Source: Nostoc sp.
Lineage (GTDB): Bacteria; Cyanobacteriota; Cyanobacteriia; Cyanobacteriales; Nostocaceae
Direction of reading: 5' to 3'
Assembly (NCBI GenBank): GCA_036918135.1
Contig: JBALDB010000051.1
Span: forward strand, 187,614 to 251,613
Length of the DNA stretch: 64,000 nt
Both the position numbers and the translations under genes were made by a program. This document shows, piece by piece, positions 22,379-32,535 of this stretch. The notes beneath the pieces are model-generated. The model had not been told where the DNA came from and made no database searches. It saw only the letters and a program-made list of their open reading frames with translations. Numbering within the stretch: position 1 is the first letter of the stretch; each line of letters begins with the position of its first letter.

Positions 22379-23884
22379 TTAAGCTTTCTCTAAGAATCGG
22401 GTTAATGTTTCTTTAGCTCCAAACTCATATAATTTGCGTAAATGGTTCGCAACTGCATCGGCAAAAGGCGACTGCGATAAATCGCCAAAAATCTCAGTCA
22501 GGTTGAGCAATGGTTTGGCATCGGAACCACTAGAATGAGCTAGTTGAGTCAAAGTACCTGCTATTGGGTCATCAATGGGAATGGCGTTACCTTGGTCATC
22601 CTTTCCATTTAGGTAACGGAACCAGGCAGCAACCGTTAAGCTCATATAATCAATCGCTACATTTTTGCGTAGCGCGTCACGAACTGAGCCTAATACAAAT
22701 TTTGGTATTTTGGCGGAACTATTGAGGCAAAGACGCGGCAGTTGGTCGCGAATTTTAGGATTGGCAAAGCGTTCAATTAAGGTTTTTTTATAATCGTCCA
22801 AATCAATCCCTGGTACAGGTTGGAGTGTGGGTGTAACTTCTGCCATCAAATTATCGACGGCTTGCCTAATTAACGGATCGGCCATCACCTCATGGACGTA
22901 AGTATAACCAGCCAAAGTGCCGAGATAGCCAATCAACACGTGACTGGCGTTGAGTAGCCGGATTTTCATCATTTCGTAGGGATGAACATCGCTGGTCATC
23001 TGCACGCCAACTGATTCCCAATCGGGTCTACCTGCACTGAAATTGTCTTCGACTACCCACTGAAGAAACGGTTCGGCAACAACTGGAAAAGCATCATCGA
23101 TATTAAACTGTTCCGCCACCATTTTGATATCTGCTGGGGTTGTAGCGGGGGTAATGCGATCGACCATGCAGTTAGGAAAGGCTACCTGTTCGGCAACCCA
23201 ACTTCCCAATTCTGGGTTTTGCATTTCGGCAAATGCAGTCAACATTTTACGGGCAATATTCCCGTTACCTTGGAGATTGTCGCACGATAAAACGGTAAAC
23301 GGTGCTAGTCCCTGTTGACGGCGGCGATTGAGGGCTGCTGTCAAAAAGCCATATACTCCTATTGGCTCGTCGGGATGCTGCAAATCGTATTGAATTGTTT
23401 GGTGATTTGCATCGAATTCACCGCTACCTTCAACATAGTAATAGCCACCTTCGGTAATCGTCAGGGTGACGATGCGGCATTTGGGATCTGCTAAGGTGTC
23501 AATTACTGCTTGGCAGTTATTTGGGGCAAACAGATATTTTGTAATTGCCCCAATCACACGAGCGCGATCGCCTTCTGGGGATCTTTCAACCAATGTATAT
23601 AAACAATCTTGTAATTTCAGTGCATCCCGCATCCGTTTGTCGAATTCCAGTAGCCCAACTCCGCAGATTCCCCATTCACTACCGGGATTTTGATGAAAGT
23701 AATTATCCAGGTATAGAGCCTGATGTGCGCGATGGAACCCACCCACACCGATATGGACAATACCGTTAGTAATTTGATGGCGATCGTAATTGGGTACGCG
23801 AACGTTATTTCCTAAATGGGACAGAGATGCTTCATTCAGCTTGATTGCTGAGTCTGTGCTGATATTGCTGTTCATGGGATTCAT
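22379..23884 (-). CDS. Mannitol/D-arabitol dehydrogenase (polyol-specific long-chain dehydrogenase)
   Basis: VHIGVGGFHRAHQA, TITEGGY, LSCDN, MVDRITP, MKIRLLNASH. Confidence 0.9.
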   Translation of the reverse strand: MNPMNSNISTDSAIKLNEASLSHLGNNVRVPNYDRHQITNGIVHIGVGGFHRAHQALYLDNYFHQNPGSEWGICGVGLLEFDKRMRDALKLQDCLYTLVERSPEGDRARVIGAITKYLFAPNNCQAVIDTLADPKCRIVTLTITEGGYYYVEGSGEFDANHQTIQYDLQHPDEPIGVYGFLTAALNRRRQQGLAPFTVLSCDNLQGNGNIARKMLTAFAEMQNPELGSWVAEQVAFPNCMVDRITPATTPADIKMVAEQFNIDDAFPVVAEPFLQWVVEDNFSAGRPDWESVGVQMTSDVHPYEMMKIRLLNASHVLIGYLGTLAGYTYVHEVMADPLIRQAVDNLMAEVTPTLQPVPGIDLDDYKKTLIERFANPKIRDQLPRLCLNSSAKIPKFVLGSVRDALRKNVAIDYMSLTVAAWFRYLNGKDDQGNAIPIDDPIAGTLTQLAHSSGSDAKPLLNLTEIFGDLSQSPFADAVANHLRKLYEFGAKETLTRFLEKA

Positions 23885-24989
23885 TTTGGGTTAGGTGGTG
23901 ACGATGAACTTTGGAAATGGCTTCACCGTCTCGATCGAACAGATGGCAAAGCTCACCGTTAATGTAAATCGGAACGTAATCATGCATTTTGGCTGGATTA
24001 TCTCCGTCTGTTTGCACAACTATGGTTTCGCCACCTGCAATTTTGATGTAGAGAAAGGTTTCTCCGCCTAATCGTTCTACAACTAATACTTCGCCATTCA
24101 CGCTTGGGTTATTGCGATCGAGGCGCAGATGTTCGGGACGAATCCCTAATGTTGCTCTATCCCCAACTGATAGGGTTTTGGGTTTCACCGGAATCATTAC
24201 GGTTGCGTCACCAGGGAGTCTAACTGTTGCCCCAGAGTCATTGACGGCTGAAACTGTCACTGAGATAAAGTTCATTTTTGGTGAACCAATAAATCCGGCG
24301 ACGAATAGATTGCGGGGATGATGGTACAGTTCTAGGGGAGAACCCACTTGTTCGATAATACCGCCTTGTAACACTACAATTTTGTCAGCAAGGGTCATTG
24401 CTTCAACTTGATCGTGGGTGACATAAATCATCGTGGCTTGCAAACTGTCGTGTAAGCTGGCAAGCTCAATCCGCATCTGCACCCGCAAAGAAGCATCCAG
24501 GTTGGACAGTGGCTCATCAAACAAAAATACTTTAGGATTACGCACCAAGGCACGACCGATCGCTACCCGTTGGCGTTGTCCTCCCGATAATTCTTTGGGC
24601 TTGCGGTTCAAAAGCGGCTCTAGTTGCAGAATACGAGCGACTTCACGCGCCCTTTCGTAACGCTGGGCTTTGGGCATACCCGCAAGCCGGAGGCTAAAAG
24701 CCATATTTTCCGCCACTGTCATGTGGGGATATAAGGCGTAGGTTTGAAATACCATTGCTAATCCGCGCTTATCGGGTGGCACATCATTGACTTTTTGTCC
24801 ATCAATAAGTAGATCGCCGGAGGAAATTTCTTCTAATCCAGCAATCATGCGGAGTAAGGTTGATTTTCCACAACCGGAGGGGCCGACGAAAACAACAAAT
24901 TCGCGATCGCCTACGTCGAGGTCTATGCCTTTGATGATTTCTGTGTCGGCGTAGGTTTTATGGATATTTCTTAAAGCAACTGTTGACAT
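23832..24989 (-). CDS. Polyol/sugar ABC transporter ATP-binding protein (MalK/SmoK-like)
   Basis: GPSGCGKST, LSGGQRQR, DEPLSNLD, C-terminal TOBE domain. ATG 24989; the 3' end overlaps the dehydrogenase start. Confidence 0.92.
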   Translation of the reverse strand: MSTVALRNIHKTYADTEIIKGIDLDVGDREFVVFVGPSGCGKSTLLRMIAGLEEISSGDLLIDGQKVNDVPPDKRGLAMVFQTYALYPHMTVAENMAFSLRLAGMPKAQRYERAREVARILQLEPLLNRKPKELSGGQRQRVAIGRALVRNPKVFLFDEPLSNLDASLRVQMRIELASLHDSLQATMIYVTHDQVEAMTLADKIVVLQGGIIEQVGSPLELYHHPRNLFVAGFIGSPKMNFISVTVSAVNDSGATVRLPGDATVMIPVKPKTLSVGDRATLGIRPEHLRLDRNNPSVNGEVLVVERLGGETFLYIKIAGGETIVVQTDGDNPAKMHDYVPIYINGELCHLFDRDGEAISKVHRHHLTQNESHEQQYQHRLSNQAE

Positions 24990-25103
24990 ATAAATGTTTC
25001 CACAAATATATTGAATTTTTTTTACACAAAGCTGCAAAGAAGAATGCAAGAGTTTGTTATAATCCCTTCTGCCTCCTGCCTCCTGCCTCCTGCCTTCTGC
25101 CTC

Positions 25104-25925
25104 TTACTTCACTGCACCAAAGGTCAGACCTCGGACTAATTGCCGTTGACTCAGCCAACCGAAGATGAGGATAGGTGCGATCGCCAATGTTGATGCTGCT
25201 GAAAGTTTTGCCCAGAATAATCCTTGAGGGCTGGAAAAGGAAGCAATAAAGGCTGTAAGGGGGGCGGCATCTGCGGTTGTCAAGTTCAAGCTCCAAAATG
25301 CTTCGTTCCATGACAAAATAATCGAAAGCAAAGCTGTGGATGCAATTCCGGGCAGTGCCAATGGCAGCAATACATGAATAAGTTCTTGCTGCGTGGTTGC
25401 TCCATCCATGCGATCGGCTTCAAGAATTTCTTTAGGAACTTCTTTAAAAAAGCTATAAATCATCCAAACAACGATTGGTAAATTAATCAAGGTATAAATG
25501 ATAATCAAACCGATGTGAGTATCCAATAACCCGGCGTTGCGACACAAAATGTAAATAGGTACTAGCACACCCACAGGTGGCAGCATTTTAGTGGACAGCA
25601 TCCAGAGTAAAGTGCCTTTGGTGCGTTTCGTTGGGAAGAATGCCATTGCATAAGCGGCAGGTACGGCAAGCAGTAGCGCGACTATAGTCGATCCCAAGGA
25701 AATCGCTACGCTGTTAAACGCATAATTGAAATAATTTGCCCGGTCTTGGATGGCAATATAGTTCTCGAATGTCGGACGGAAAAACAACTGAGGGGGAGTT
25801 GAAACTGCCGCTACTTCAGTTTTGAAACTGGTGAGAAACATCCAGAAAATTGGAAAAAACAAGATGCAAGCGGCAAGCCAACCGAGCAATGTCCATAGCC
25901 AAATCTTTGGGGTTTTACGTGCCAT
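25104..25925 (-). CDS. Polyol ABC transporter permease (SmoG/MtlG-like)
   Basis: EAD..DGA loop, SWNEAFW, C-terminal LVRGLTFGAVK. Confidence 0.9.
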   Translation of the reverse strand: MARKTPKIWLWTLLGWLAACILFFPIFWMFLTSFKTEVAAVSTPPQLFFRPTFENYIAIQDRANYFNYAFNSVAISLGSTIVALLLAVPAAYAMAFFPTKRTKGTLLWMLSTKMLPPVGVLVPIYILCRNAGLLDTHIGLIIIYTLINLPIVVWMIYSFFKEVPKEILEADRMDGATTQQELIHVLLPLALPGIASTALLSIILSWNEAFWSLNLTTADAAPLTAFIASFSSPQGLFWAKLSAASTLAIAPILIFGWLSQRQLVRGLTFGAVK

Positions 25926-25930
25926 AATGC

Positions 25931-25960
25931 TAATTCGTAATTCGTAATTCGTAATTCGTA
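25931..25960. repeat. STRR heptamer tandem (TAATTCG)n
   Basis: taattcgtaattcgtaattcgtaattcgta. Other heptamer tracts at about 25068-25101 (CCTCCTG), 26928-26955 (ATTCAAA) and 44297-44350 (AATGACA-like). Confidence 0.8.
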
Positions 25961-25998
25961 AATGTTAGGTTCGGTAGCTTTATTTTGGAGACTGGGTG

Positions 25999-26922
25999 TT
26001 AGGTATCCAAATTACGAGCAACACTACGCATCAAAAAGATTGCCACTATGTTGGCAAGGATTACGGCAATTAATCCACCGGCTGAAGCACCGCCGACATC
26101 GAATTCCAGTAAGGCTTTTAAGAAGATGTAATAGGCTAAGTTGGTGGTTGCAAGTCCCGGCCCGCCGCCTGTAGTAACAAAGATTTCCGCAAAGATGGTG
26201 AGGAAGAAAATTGTCTCAATCATGGCAACCACAGAAATGGCTCGGCTCAGATGAGGTAACATGACGAAACGAAATAGAGCGATCGCATTTGCGCCATCCA
26301 TCCGCGCTGCTTCTAACCGATCGCGATCGAGTGACTGAATTGCAGTCAACAAAATTAGTAGGGCAAAGGGCAGCCATTCCCAGGAAACAATAATAACGAT
26401 CGCAAGCAAAGGAACGCTGGCAAACCAATCAATCGCCCCCAAACCCAAACCTCTGGTAATTTGAGCAAACAGCCCATTCACTGGATGCATCAGCATATTT
26501 TTCCAGATTAGGGCGCTAACTGTGGGCATCACGAAAAATGGGGAGATAGCCAGTACCCGCGCCACTCCACGACCATAAAAGTCTTGGTCAAATAGTACTG
26601 CTAGGACTGTGCCCAGACCAATTGTGATTGCTAAAACAGAAACAACCAAAACTATTGTGATGGCGATCGATGTCCATAAAGCTGAGTCACTGAGGATGAA
26701 CGTGAAATTTTCAATCCCGATGAATTTGCGTGCATCTGGATTCAACAAGTTATATCGCTGAAAGGAAAACCATACGGTCATCACCAGAGGCACAATCATC
26801 CACAGCAGCAAGACAACGACCGAAGGCGCAACCAGAGGTAAGGTTGACACCTGCCGCGTAGTCCGTTGCTTAGTGGGTGGTGGCGTTTCGGATTGAGGTT
26901 TTACCGCTAATGAAGAAGACAT
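25999..26922 (-). CDS. Polyol ABC transporter permease (SmoF/MtlF-like)
   Basis: EAARMDGA loop, TTGGGPG. ATG 26922. Confidence 0.9.
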   Translation of the reverse strand: MSSSLAVKPQSETPPPTKQRTTRQVSTLPLVAPSVVVLLLWMIVPLVMTVWFSFQRYNLLNPDARKFIGIENFTFILSDSALWTSIAITIVLVVSVLAITIGLGTVLAVLFDQDFYGRGVARVLAISPFFVMPTVSALIWKNMLMHPVNGLFAQITRGLGLGAIDWFASVPLLAIVIIVSWEWLPFALLILLTAIQSLDRDRLEAARMDGANAIALFRFVMLPHLSRAISVVAMIETIFFLTIFAEIFVTTGGGPGLATTNLAYYIFLKALLEFDVGGASAGGLIAVILANIVAIFLMRSVARNLDT

Positions 26923-27026
26923 AAGCAATTCAAAATTCAAAATTCAAAATTCAAAATGAAAAACTTAGAATTAATAGGTATCCTCGCTGCTAACTGTATG
27001 CAAGTTAGATGTGGAACGGCTGAAAA

Positions 27027-28373
27027 TTACTCGATATAACCTGTGTGTTTCATGAAGCGTTCGGTGAATTTCTGCGATCGCTGCAACGCTTGGTCTATAG
27101 AAGTCCGGTTAGTTAATGCGGCTGCTAAAGTTTGCCCGACTGAAGTACCGATCGCCTGAAATTCTGGAATATCAACGTATTGAACTCCCTTATACGGAGT
27201 TGGTTGTGCAGATGGACGGGTAACATCAGCAGATTGGATCGCTCCCAGCACGATTTGGGCAAAGGGTGCGGCTTTTTGATAGTTGGGATTTTGATATGTG
27301 GAAGTCCGAGTCCCTGGTGGTACAGCAACCCAGCCATTTTCTTTTGCAACTAGTTGGATGTATTCCTTTGATGTTGCCCAAGCAACGAATTTTTGCGCGG
27401 CTTCTGGTGATTTGGAGGTTTTTGGAACTGCTAACGCCCAAGCCCAAAGCCAATTTGAGCCGTTGGGATATTTTTCGATTGGCGCACGGGCAAAGCCAAC
27501 TTTGTCATAAACTTGAGATTCTTTGGGATTGGATAACAACCCCGCAGCAACAGTTGCATCTACCCACATCCCACATTTACCTGTGGAGAATAATGCTAGA
27601 TTTTCATTGAATCCATTGGAACTGGCTCCTGGCGGCCCATATTTTTTGAGCAGATCGACATAAAAGGCGATCGCCTCTTTCCAAGGTGGAGTATTGATCG
27701 TTGGTTGCCATTTCATATCAAACCACCGTCCACCATAGGTATTGACCAATGTGGAAATAAATGCCATGTTTTCACCCCAACCTGGTTTTCCACGCAGGCA
27801 AACCCCATAAACTCCATGCGCTGGGTCGTGGATTTTACTTGCCCATTCTCTCATTTGAGGGTAGGTTGGCTGTTGAGGAACTGTAATCCCAGCTTTTTCA
27901 AACAAGTCTTTGCGGTAGTACAGCATGGAACTTTCCCCATAGAATGGCACGGCATAAAGTTTGCCGTTATTGGAAAGCCCTTCTCGTATGGGTTTGAGTA
28001 GATCGTTTACGTCATAGTTTGCACCTAAATCTAAAGGCTTCAACCAATCCCGTCTAGTCCAGATTGGTGTTTCATAGGAACCAATGGTCATGACATCAAA
28101 CTGCCCACCTTGGCTTGCAACATCTGTAGTTGTGCGTTGGCGTAACACATTTTCTTCCAGCACAACCCACCTCAGTTGAATATCAGGATTATCTGACTCA
28201 AATTTACGAGAAAGCCCTTGCATCACCACCATGTCGCCATTATTTACTGTGGCGATCGTTAGTTTAGTCTTCTGGGCGGCTTGCGTTCGCGGTGAACAAG
28301 CATATAGCAGTTGTGCCAGTATCACTCCAGCCAGAAATGCAGCTAGCACTTTAGCGAAGCGGCGAATACGCAT
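27027..28373 (-). CDS. Polyol ABC transporter substrate-binding protein (SmoE/MtlE-like)
   Basis: TIATVNNGDM, LEENVLRQR, CLRGKPGWGEN, PPGTRTS; lipobox-like LYAC. Confidence 0.88.
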   Translation of the reverse strand: MRIRRFAKVLAAFLAGVILAQLLYACSPRTQAAQKTKLTIATVNNGDMVVMQGLSRKFESDNPDIQLRWVVLEENVLRQRTTTDVASQGGQFDVMTIGSYETPIWTRRDWLKPLDLGANYDVNDLLKPIREGLSNNGKLYAVPFYGESSMLYYRKDLFEKAGITVPQQPTYPQMREWASKIHDPAHGVYGVCLRGKPGWGENMAFISTLVNTYGGRWFDMKWQPTINTPPWKEAIAFYVDLLKKYGPPGASSNGFNENLALFSTGKCGMWVDATVAAGLLSNPKESQVYDKVGFARAPIEKYPNGSNWLWAWALAVPKTSKSPEAAQKFVAWATSKEYIQLVAKENGWVAVPPGTRTSTYQNPNYQKAAPFAQIVLGAIQSADVTRPSAQPTPYKGVQYVDIPEFQAIGTSVGQTLAAALTNRTSIDQALQRSQKFTERFMKHTGYIE

Positions 28374-28434
28374 CGCATAACTCCTTTAAAGTAAAAAACC
28401 GAACAAAATAAATTTTTGATTTTATGCTCTAATT

Positions 28435-28450
28435 TTGGGCAAAAGCTCAA
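28435..28450. promoter_or_regulatory. Putative SorC-family operator TTGGGC-AAAA-GCTCAA in the divergent promoter
   Basis: Near-palindrome. Related half-sites TTGAGCAAAA (29340) and TTGGGCAAAT (29359) lie upstream of the regulator gene. Confidence 0.45.
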
Positions 28451-28521
28451 TAATAGAAATCATACCAATCTGATTTTCATCACGACCATTTGCAACAATT
28501 CTTCAATAAGAGGTTGAATCT

Positions 28522-29325
28522 ATGACGGCAAAAGCAACTTATCAGTTTGCAGGTAAGACAATCCTAATTACTGGCGGTGCGGGAGATATTGGCAAGGCAA
28601 CTGCACACCGTTTTGCTGCTAATGGTGCAGGAATAGCCTTGCTAGATTTGAATGAACCGAAAATGGCAGATGTGGCTGAAGAACTAAAAGGTTACAACGT
28701 TCCGGTTAGCACGTTTCGCTGTGATGTGACCGCTAGTGATGATGTTGCCAAAGCTTTTACTGGCGCTGTAAAGCAGCTTGGGCGAATTGACTATGTATTT
28801 AATAATGCAGGTTATCAAGGATTATTTACCAAAACTGACGAATATCCTGAAGACGACTTTCAAAAGGTGATCGACATTAACGTTGTCGGTGTTTTCCACG
28901 TTCTCAAGGCGGCTGCACAACAATTACGCGATACAGGTGGAGGCGCGATCGTCAACATGGCAAGTTATGCGGGTGTAGTTGGGCCGCCAAATATGCTAGC
29001 ATACAGCGCTTCTAAGTTTGCGGTGATTGGAATGACTCAGACAGCAGCCAAAGATTTAGCTCCTTACAATATTCGGGTGAATGCGCTCTCCCCTGCGTTG
29101 ATTGGGCCTGGTTTTATGTGGACGCGGCAAACAGAATTACAAGCAGTAGTAGGCTCACAGTACTTTGATGCCGATCCCAAAGTAGTGGAGCAACAGATGA
29201 TTAATTCAGTACCGATGCGCCGTTTGGGAAGCCTAGAAGAAGTAGCGAATGGGGTAGCGTTTTTGATGAGCGAAGAAGCAAGCTACCTTACTGGGTTTAA
29301 CTTAGAGGTCACTGGAGGGTTATAG
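28522..29325 (+). CDS. SDR oxidoreductase, probable polyol dehydrogenase
   Basis: TGGAGDIG, NNAG, YSASK; located in the polyol cluster. Confidence 0.88.
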   Translation: MTAKATYQFAGKTILITGGAGDIGKATAHRFAANGAGIALLDLNEPKMADVAEELKGYNVPVSTFRCDVTASDDVAKAFTGAVKQLGRIDYVFNNAGYQGLFTKTDEYPEDDFQKVIDINVVGVFHVLKAAAQQLRDTGGGAIVNMASYAGVVGPPNMLAYSASKFAVIGMTQTAAKDLAPYNIRVNALSPALIGPGFMWTRQTELQAVVGSQYFDADPKVVEQQMINSVPMRRLGSLEEVANGVAFLMSEEASYLTGFNLEVTGGL

Positions 29326-29416
29326 AAATTTAAAGATAATTGAGCAAAAATTCTATACTTGGGCAAATATGTAAAAATTATTCCTTTGGTAAGTAGATAG
29401 TTTTTGAAGGTGGGAT

Positions 29417-30409
29417 ATGGGAGAACCTTTATTGGAGCGGCGCGATGCCAGCAAAGCTGGCTTGTCCCTTAGGACTCGCAAGTTGGATCTAGCTGCTCAT
29501 GCCGCTTGGCTTTATTACATTGCAGGCAACACACAAGAAGAAATTGCAACAAAGCTCAATGTATCCCGGCAAGCTGCACAACGCCTGGTTGCATTAGCAG
29601 TCAGTGAAAAATTGATCAAATTTCGCCTCGATCATCCCCTGAGCGAATGTATTGCTTTAGCTGAGTCATTACGCCATAAGTTCGACCTATCGCTATGTGA
29701 AGTAGTACCAACTGACGCAAGCAGCGGTGATATACTCAATGGCATAGGCGTTTGTGCTGCCACCCACCTAGAAGCTTACCTGATCGCAAAAACCCCGACT
29801 ATACTGGCGTTTTCCTCAGGTCGGACATTGCGAGCAATGGTGGAGCAAATCCCTTCAATGAATCAACCTCAGCATAAAATTGTTTCAATTATGGGCAATA
29901 TGTCCCATTGTGGGCGTGCAGGTCGCCACGAAGTAGTGATGCATTTGTCCGATCGCGTCGGTTCCCAAGCTTACCCAGTGCCGACTCCGGTTGTAGCGAC
30001 TAGCATTGAAGAACGGGAACTGTTACAGACACAGCGATCGTTTATCACTGTCAAAGCTTTTGCAGAGCAAGCCAAAGCAACATTTGTTGGAATTAGTCAC
30101 ATTGCCTGGAATGCTCCGTTACATCAAGACGGCTTCATCAATGACGATGAAGTAGCTGAATTAATTGACTTAGGAGCGGTAGGGGAAATTGCGGGTTGGG
30201 CTTACAATCGCTACGGAGTATTGCTGCACAAAGGAACCAACAGCCGGGTTGCTAGTGTAACACTCGAACAACCGGCTCATCGACTGATTATCGGTGTGGC
30301 AGGTGGTGTAAAAAAAGCCGAGGCTATTTTGGCTGCTCTGCATGGTAAGTTAATTACAGGACTAATTACCGATGAAGCAGCTGCCCAAGTTATTCTGAGT
30401 AAAATTTAG
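29417..30409 (+). CDS. SorC/DeoR sugar-binding transcriptional regulator
   Basis: AAWLYY...TQEEIA..LNVSRQ helix-turn-helix; GAVGEI and LITDE in the sugar-binding domain. Confidence 0.88.
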   Translation: MGEPLLERRDASKAGLSLRTRKLDLAAHAAWLYYIAGNTQEEIATKLNVSRQAAQRLVALAVSEKLIKFRLDHPLSECIALAESLRHKFDLSLCEVVPTDASSGDILNGIGVCAATHLEAYLIAKTPTILAFSSGRTLRAMVEQIPSMNQPQHKIVSIMGNMSHCGRAGRHEVVMHLSDRVGSQAYPVPTPVVATSIEERELLQTQRSFITVKAFAEQAKATFVGISHIAWNAPLHQDGFINDDEVAELIDLGAVGEIAGWAYNRYGVLLHKGTNSRVASVTLEQPAHRLIIGVAGGVKKAEAILAALHGKLITGLITDEAAAQVILSKI

Positions 30410-30468
30410 TACTTGTTTGCGTTCAATCTTCAGGTGATATCTGTTCGAGTCAATCTGGCAGTACACTA

Positions 30469-32232
30469 TCAAATTCCATGACTTTTGCCAATGACCCAAT
30501 TACGTCGGAAAAATCTAGCTAAAGCTGACTCTTCCAGCGATAAATAAATTGGGCGTCCATGAGGACAGGTGCGGGGATTGCGAGTGCGTTGCCAATTATC
30601 TAAAAGTGTCTGCATTTCTTGCAAATTCATGGGTGTACCATTACGAATAGCACTGCGACAGGCAACAGCTACTTGGGCTGTTTGTAAGTCACCTCCCAAA
30701 CTTAATTCTAAAATTGCTTCGGCACAATCTTGACGTTGCTGCAACATTGCGGGTAAGTTACGAACTGCCCAAAGTTGTTCGCCAAAGGGTTCTATATCTA
30801 AACCGATGCGTTGCAATTGCGATACTTGCACTGGCGACAATTGATAAAGAATAATCGGCGGTTCAACACAAACGAGTTGCCAACTATCGCATAATTGCTC
30901 GTACAAAACTCGCTCATGGGCAATGTGCTGTTCCACTAGCCATATCCCAGCAGGATGTTCGGCAACAATATAAGTGTTACTCACTTGCGCTACAGCTTTT
31001 AAAGAGTGAGGAGGACAGACGCGATTAATCGCGTCTGTACCAGAGTTAGGAATTTTATTATCTTCGTTGGAATTTTGAGGATTGAAATTGTAACCACCTT
31101 TGGCCTCTGCGGCTTTGAGTAATTTACTAACTCGTGTTGTGTGGACAGTTTCTTTGAAATTCACAGAAGAAATCCGCAGTGCTTGATTAATTCCTTGAAT
31201 AATTTGTTCTTGCCAATAAGTGATTTGATTGAGATAAATTTCTGTTTTTGCTGGATTACGATTCCAGTTAATTTGATCCGGGGAAATGGCAAGATGCAAG
31301 AAACAAATTGGATAGCGATCGCGTGGTAATGTTTTATGAAATGCTGATAATATTGTCTGCTCTAGTTCCGCTGACTTAATCATCCGTCCGTTAATTGCTA
31401 CACGTACCCAATCTGGACGATGACGGTGACAGCGATCGGGTAATCCTACCACTAAGTTTAGTGCTGAGAGAGGACTGGGCACTGAGGATTGGAGACTGGG
31501 GAGTGAAGAGTTAGGAGTACTGAGTTCTGAGTTTATTGGGTTGGGGACTTCGAGTTTCAATTCTTGCAAATCACCCTGTCGGACTTGGCGTAAAATCTGC
31601 GGTAATAGCTGCCCAGTTGTGGCGGCTGGAGAAATAGTGAACCATTGACGGTCATTTTGCCAAATCTGCCAGGTGACACGGGGATGACATAGGGCAATTT
31701 GGTGAATTGTTGCTTGCACGGCTTTCATTTGCTGTGCTATTGTCGGCAATCCTTGACGGCGAGATGAACAGTTACCAAAAAGACTAGAGACTGTGACTAC
31801 TGTACCAGGTGCGATCGCAGTTGCTTCAACTTGCACAACTTCCCCGCCATACCCATAGACAAATCGCCATCCTAATTTTCCAACCACACAATGACTCAAA
31901 ATTTCTAAATCTGCCAAAGTGGTTAAACTGTGCAACGCCTCACCACGAAAACCCAAACTGTTAATTTTCCACAAATCGCCACTAGAGCGAATTTTACTGG
32001 TGCTGTGAGCTGTGGCTGCTTTATGTAAATCATCTAGATTCATTCCACAACCATTGTCGGCAACACGAATTCGCCATTGCTGCGGCCAAAGCGAAACCAC
32101 AATTCGTGTTGCACCTGCGTCTAGGGAATTTTCTACCAATTCCCGCACTACAGAGGCTAAAGAGTCGATGACCTCTCCCGCTGTAATCAGATATACAACT
32201 TCTGTTGGTAGAGCTTGAATAGTAGATGCCAT
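30469..32232 (-). CDS. mutL: DNA mismatch repair endonuclease MutL
   Basis: ELVENSLDAGA, GFRGEAL, EQHIAHERVLYE, ACRSA, CPHGRP. Confidence 0.95.
   Translation of the reverse strand: MASTIQALPTEVVYLITAGEVIDSLASVVRELVENSLDAGATRIVVSLWPQQWRIRVADNGCGMNLDDLHKAATAHSTSKIRSSGDLWKINSLGFRGEALHSLTTLADLEILSHCVVGKLGWRFVYGYGGEVVQVEATAIAPGTVVTVSSLFGNCSSRRQGLPTIAQQMKAVQATIHQIALCHPRVTWQIWQNDRQWFTISPAATTGQLLPQILRQVRQGDLQELKLEVPNPINSELSTPNSSLPSLQSSVPSPLSALNLVVGLPDRCHRHRPDWVRVAINGRMIKSAELEQTILSAFHKTLPRDRYPICFLHLAISPDQINWNRNPAKTEIYLNQITYWQEQIIQGINQALRISSVNFKETVHTTRVSKLLKAAEAKGGYNFNPQNSNEDNKIPNSGTDAINRVCPPHSLKAVAQVSNTYIVAEHPAGIWLVEQHIAHERVLYEQLCDSWQLVCVEPPIILYQLSPVQVSQLQRIGLDIEPFGEQLWAVRNLPAMLQQRQDCAEAILELSLGGDLQTAQVAVACRSAIRNGTPMNLQEMQTLLDNWQRTRNPRTCPHGRPIYLSLEESALARFFRRNWVIGKSHGI
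31015..31038. repeat. 24-bp perfect palindrome (REP-like) inside mutL
   Basis: ACAGACGCGATTAATCGCGTCTGT, read as TDAINRVC in the protein. Confidence 0.75.
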
Positions 32233-32535
32233 AAATTATAGTTTATAGCTTCTGGGGACAAGGCCGGATCGTTGGGGCAATATCTATTCCATAAACAGAT
32301 TTAGCATTGAGAGCTAAATCTGCTTATACAGAAGCTACATCTATATTTATGCCGTCAGTCGCCAGAATTCATAAATCTTATCAGCGACTGGTGGATGTAG
32401 CTTGCTTCTCCGTAGGAGTATAAACAGGTTTAACTCCTCCACTGAATTGATTATGAATTTTGAATTTTGACTTGTGTATTCTCTTTCTGAATCAAGCTTT
32501 AATTTAAAATGTAAAACTTGATAACTGATAATTTG

